From Achromobacter xylosoxidans (GTDB lineage Bacteria; Pseudomonadota; Gammaproteobacteria; Burkholderiales; Burkholderiaceae_B), in the NCBI GenBank assembly GCA_040396375.1, contig JBEBOQ010000011.1, positions 3,744 through 67,743 on the forward strand: a stretch of 64,000 nucleotides of DNA, read 5' to 3'. Numbering within the stretch: the stretch's first letter is position 1; each line of letters starts with the position of its first letter. Positions 63,091 to 64,000 of this stretch are shown piece after piece. The position numbers and the translations under genes were made by a program. A model generated the notes under the pieces. The model did not search any database. It was given only the letters and a program-made list of their open reading frames with translations, and had not been told where the DNA came from.

Positions 63091-63849
63091 ATGGAAATCG
63101 CGAACAAGGTATTCATCGTTACCGGCGGCGCATCCGGCCTGGGCGCCGGCACCGTGCGCATGCTGGTGGCCAACGGCGCCAAGGTGGTCATCGCCGACCT
63201 GCAGGACGGTCCCGGCGAGGAACTGGCCAAGGAACTCGGCCAGCGCTACGTGCACTGCGACGTGACGCAAGAGGCCGACGGCCAGCGCGCCGTTGCCGCC
63301 GCCAAGGAACTCGGCACCCTGTTCGGTCTGGTCAACTGCGCCGGCGTGGCCCCCGCCGCCAAGATCGTCGGCAAGAACGGCGCGCATCCGCTGGACCTGT
63401 TCCAGAAGGTCGTTTCGATCAACCTGATCGGCAGCTTCAACATGATGCGCCTGGCCGCCGAGGCCATGAGCGCCAACACGCCCGAGCCCACCGGCGAGCG
63501 CGGCGTGATGATCAACACCGCCTCGGTCGCCGCGTTCGACGGCCAGATCGGCCAGGCGGCCTACGCCGCCTCCAAGGCCGGCGTGGCCGGCATGACCCTG
63601 CCGATCGCCCGCGACCTGGCCAAGACCGGCATCCGCTGCATGACCATCGCCCCCGGCATCTTCGGCACCCCGATGATCTTCGGCATGCCGCAGGAAGTGC
63701 AGGATTCGCTGGCCGCCAGCATCCCCTTCCCCGCCCGCCTGGGCCGCCCGGAAGACTACGCCAAGCTGGTCCAGAGCATCATCACCAATGACATGCTGAA
63801 CGGCGAAACCATTCGCCTGGACGGCGCCATCCGGATGCCGCCGAAATAG
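63091..63849 (+). CDS. SDR family 3-hydroxyacyl-CoA dehydrogenase (type II)
   Basis: [29 protein letters not shown] and [13 protein letters not shown]. Confidence 0.93.
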   Translation: MEIANKVFIVTGGASGLGAGTVRMLVANGAKVVIADLQDGPGEELAKELGQRYVHCDVTQEADGQRAVAAAKELGTLFGLVNCAGVAPAAKIVGKNGAHPLDLFQKVVSINLIGSFNMMRLAAEAMSANTPEPTGERGVMINTASVAAFDGQIGQAAYAASKAGVAGMTLPIARDLAKTGIRCMTIAPGIFGTPMIFGMPQEVQDSLAASIPFPARLGRPEDYAKLVQSIITNDMLNGETIRLDGAIRMPPK

Positions 63850-64000
63850 TGCCCCCACGCTTCGCCCTCTGCGAGGGCTCTCTGCCCCCCGAGGGGGCCT
63901 TTTTCCCTTGGGGCGGCCCGGCGGGAAAAAGTGCCCCCACGCTTCGCCCTCTGCGAGGGCTCTCTGCCCCCCGAGGGGGCCTTTTTCCCTTGGGGCGGCC
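63849..64000 (+). repeat. Tandem 82-bp GC-rich palindromic (REP-like) repeat; second copy truncated by the window end
   Basis: GTGCCCCCACGCTTCGCCCTCTGCGAGGGCTCTCTGCCCCCCGAGGGGGCCTTTTTCCCTTGGGGCGGCC... at 63849 and identically at 63931. Confidence 0.9.

Noticed and set aside
63849-64000. Possible CRISPR array
   Set aside because: Units are 82 bp, identical and contiguous, with no unique spacers and no cas genes in the window.

Overview
High-GC betaproteobacterial chromosomal segment; gene content and order point to Alcaligenaceae (Achromobacter/Bordetella-like). It is mostly housekeeping and metabolic: pepE, ehuABCD, osmC, mntH, livKHMGF, putA, pqiABC, clpA/clpS, alpha-2-macroglobulin with pbpC, cspD, pcaF, a ClC protein, an MCP, sodB, xseA, exbBD-lpxK, ycaR-kdsB, adk. 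I saw no transposase, integrase, rRNA, tRNA or CRISPR array. Four items stand out. (1) A full-length IgaA/UmoB homologue (the Rcs-phosphorelay inhibitor of Enterobacterales) sits antisense between lpxK and ycaR-kdsB, with no Rcs genes in the window. (2) A non-coding element upstream of xseA has three DnaA boxes in DARS-like geometry plus IHF-like and Fis-like sites. (3) A TetR-Nudix fusion with an intact Nudix box is coupled to a LOG phosphoribohydrolase, near a dimeric dUTPase. (4) A 1089-aa exported ankyrin-repeat protein lies between xseA and sodB. Several operator palindromes and a REP-like repeat family are also visible. All family calls come from motif recognition by eye; no database search was run.
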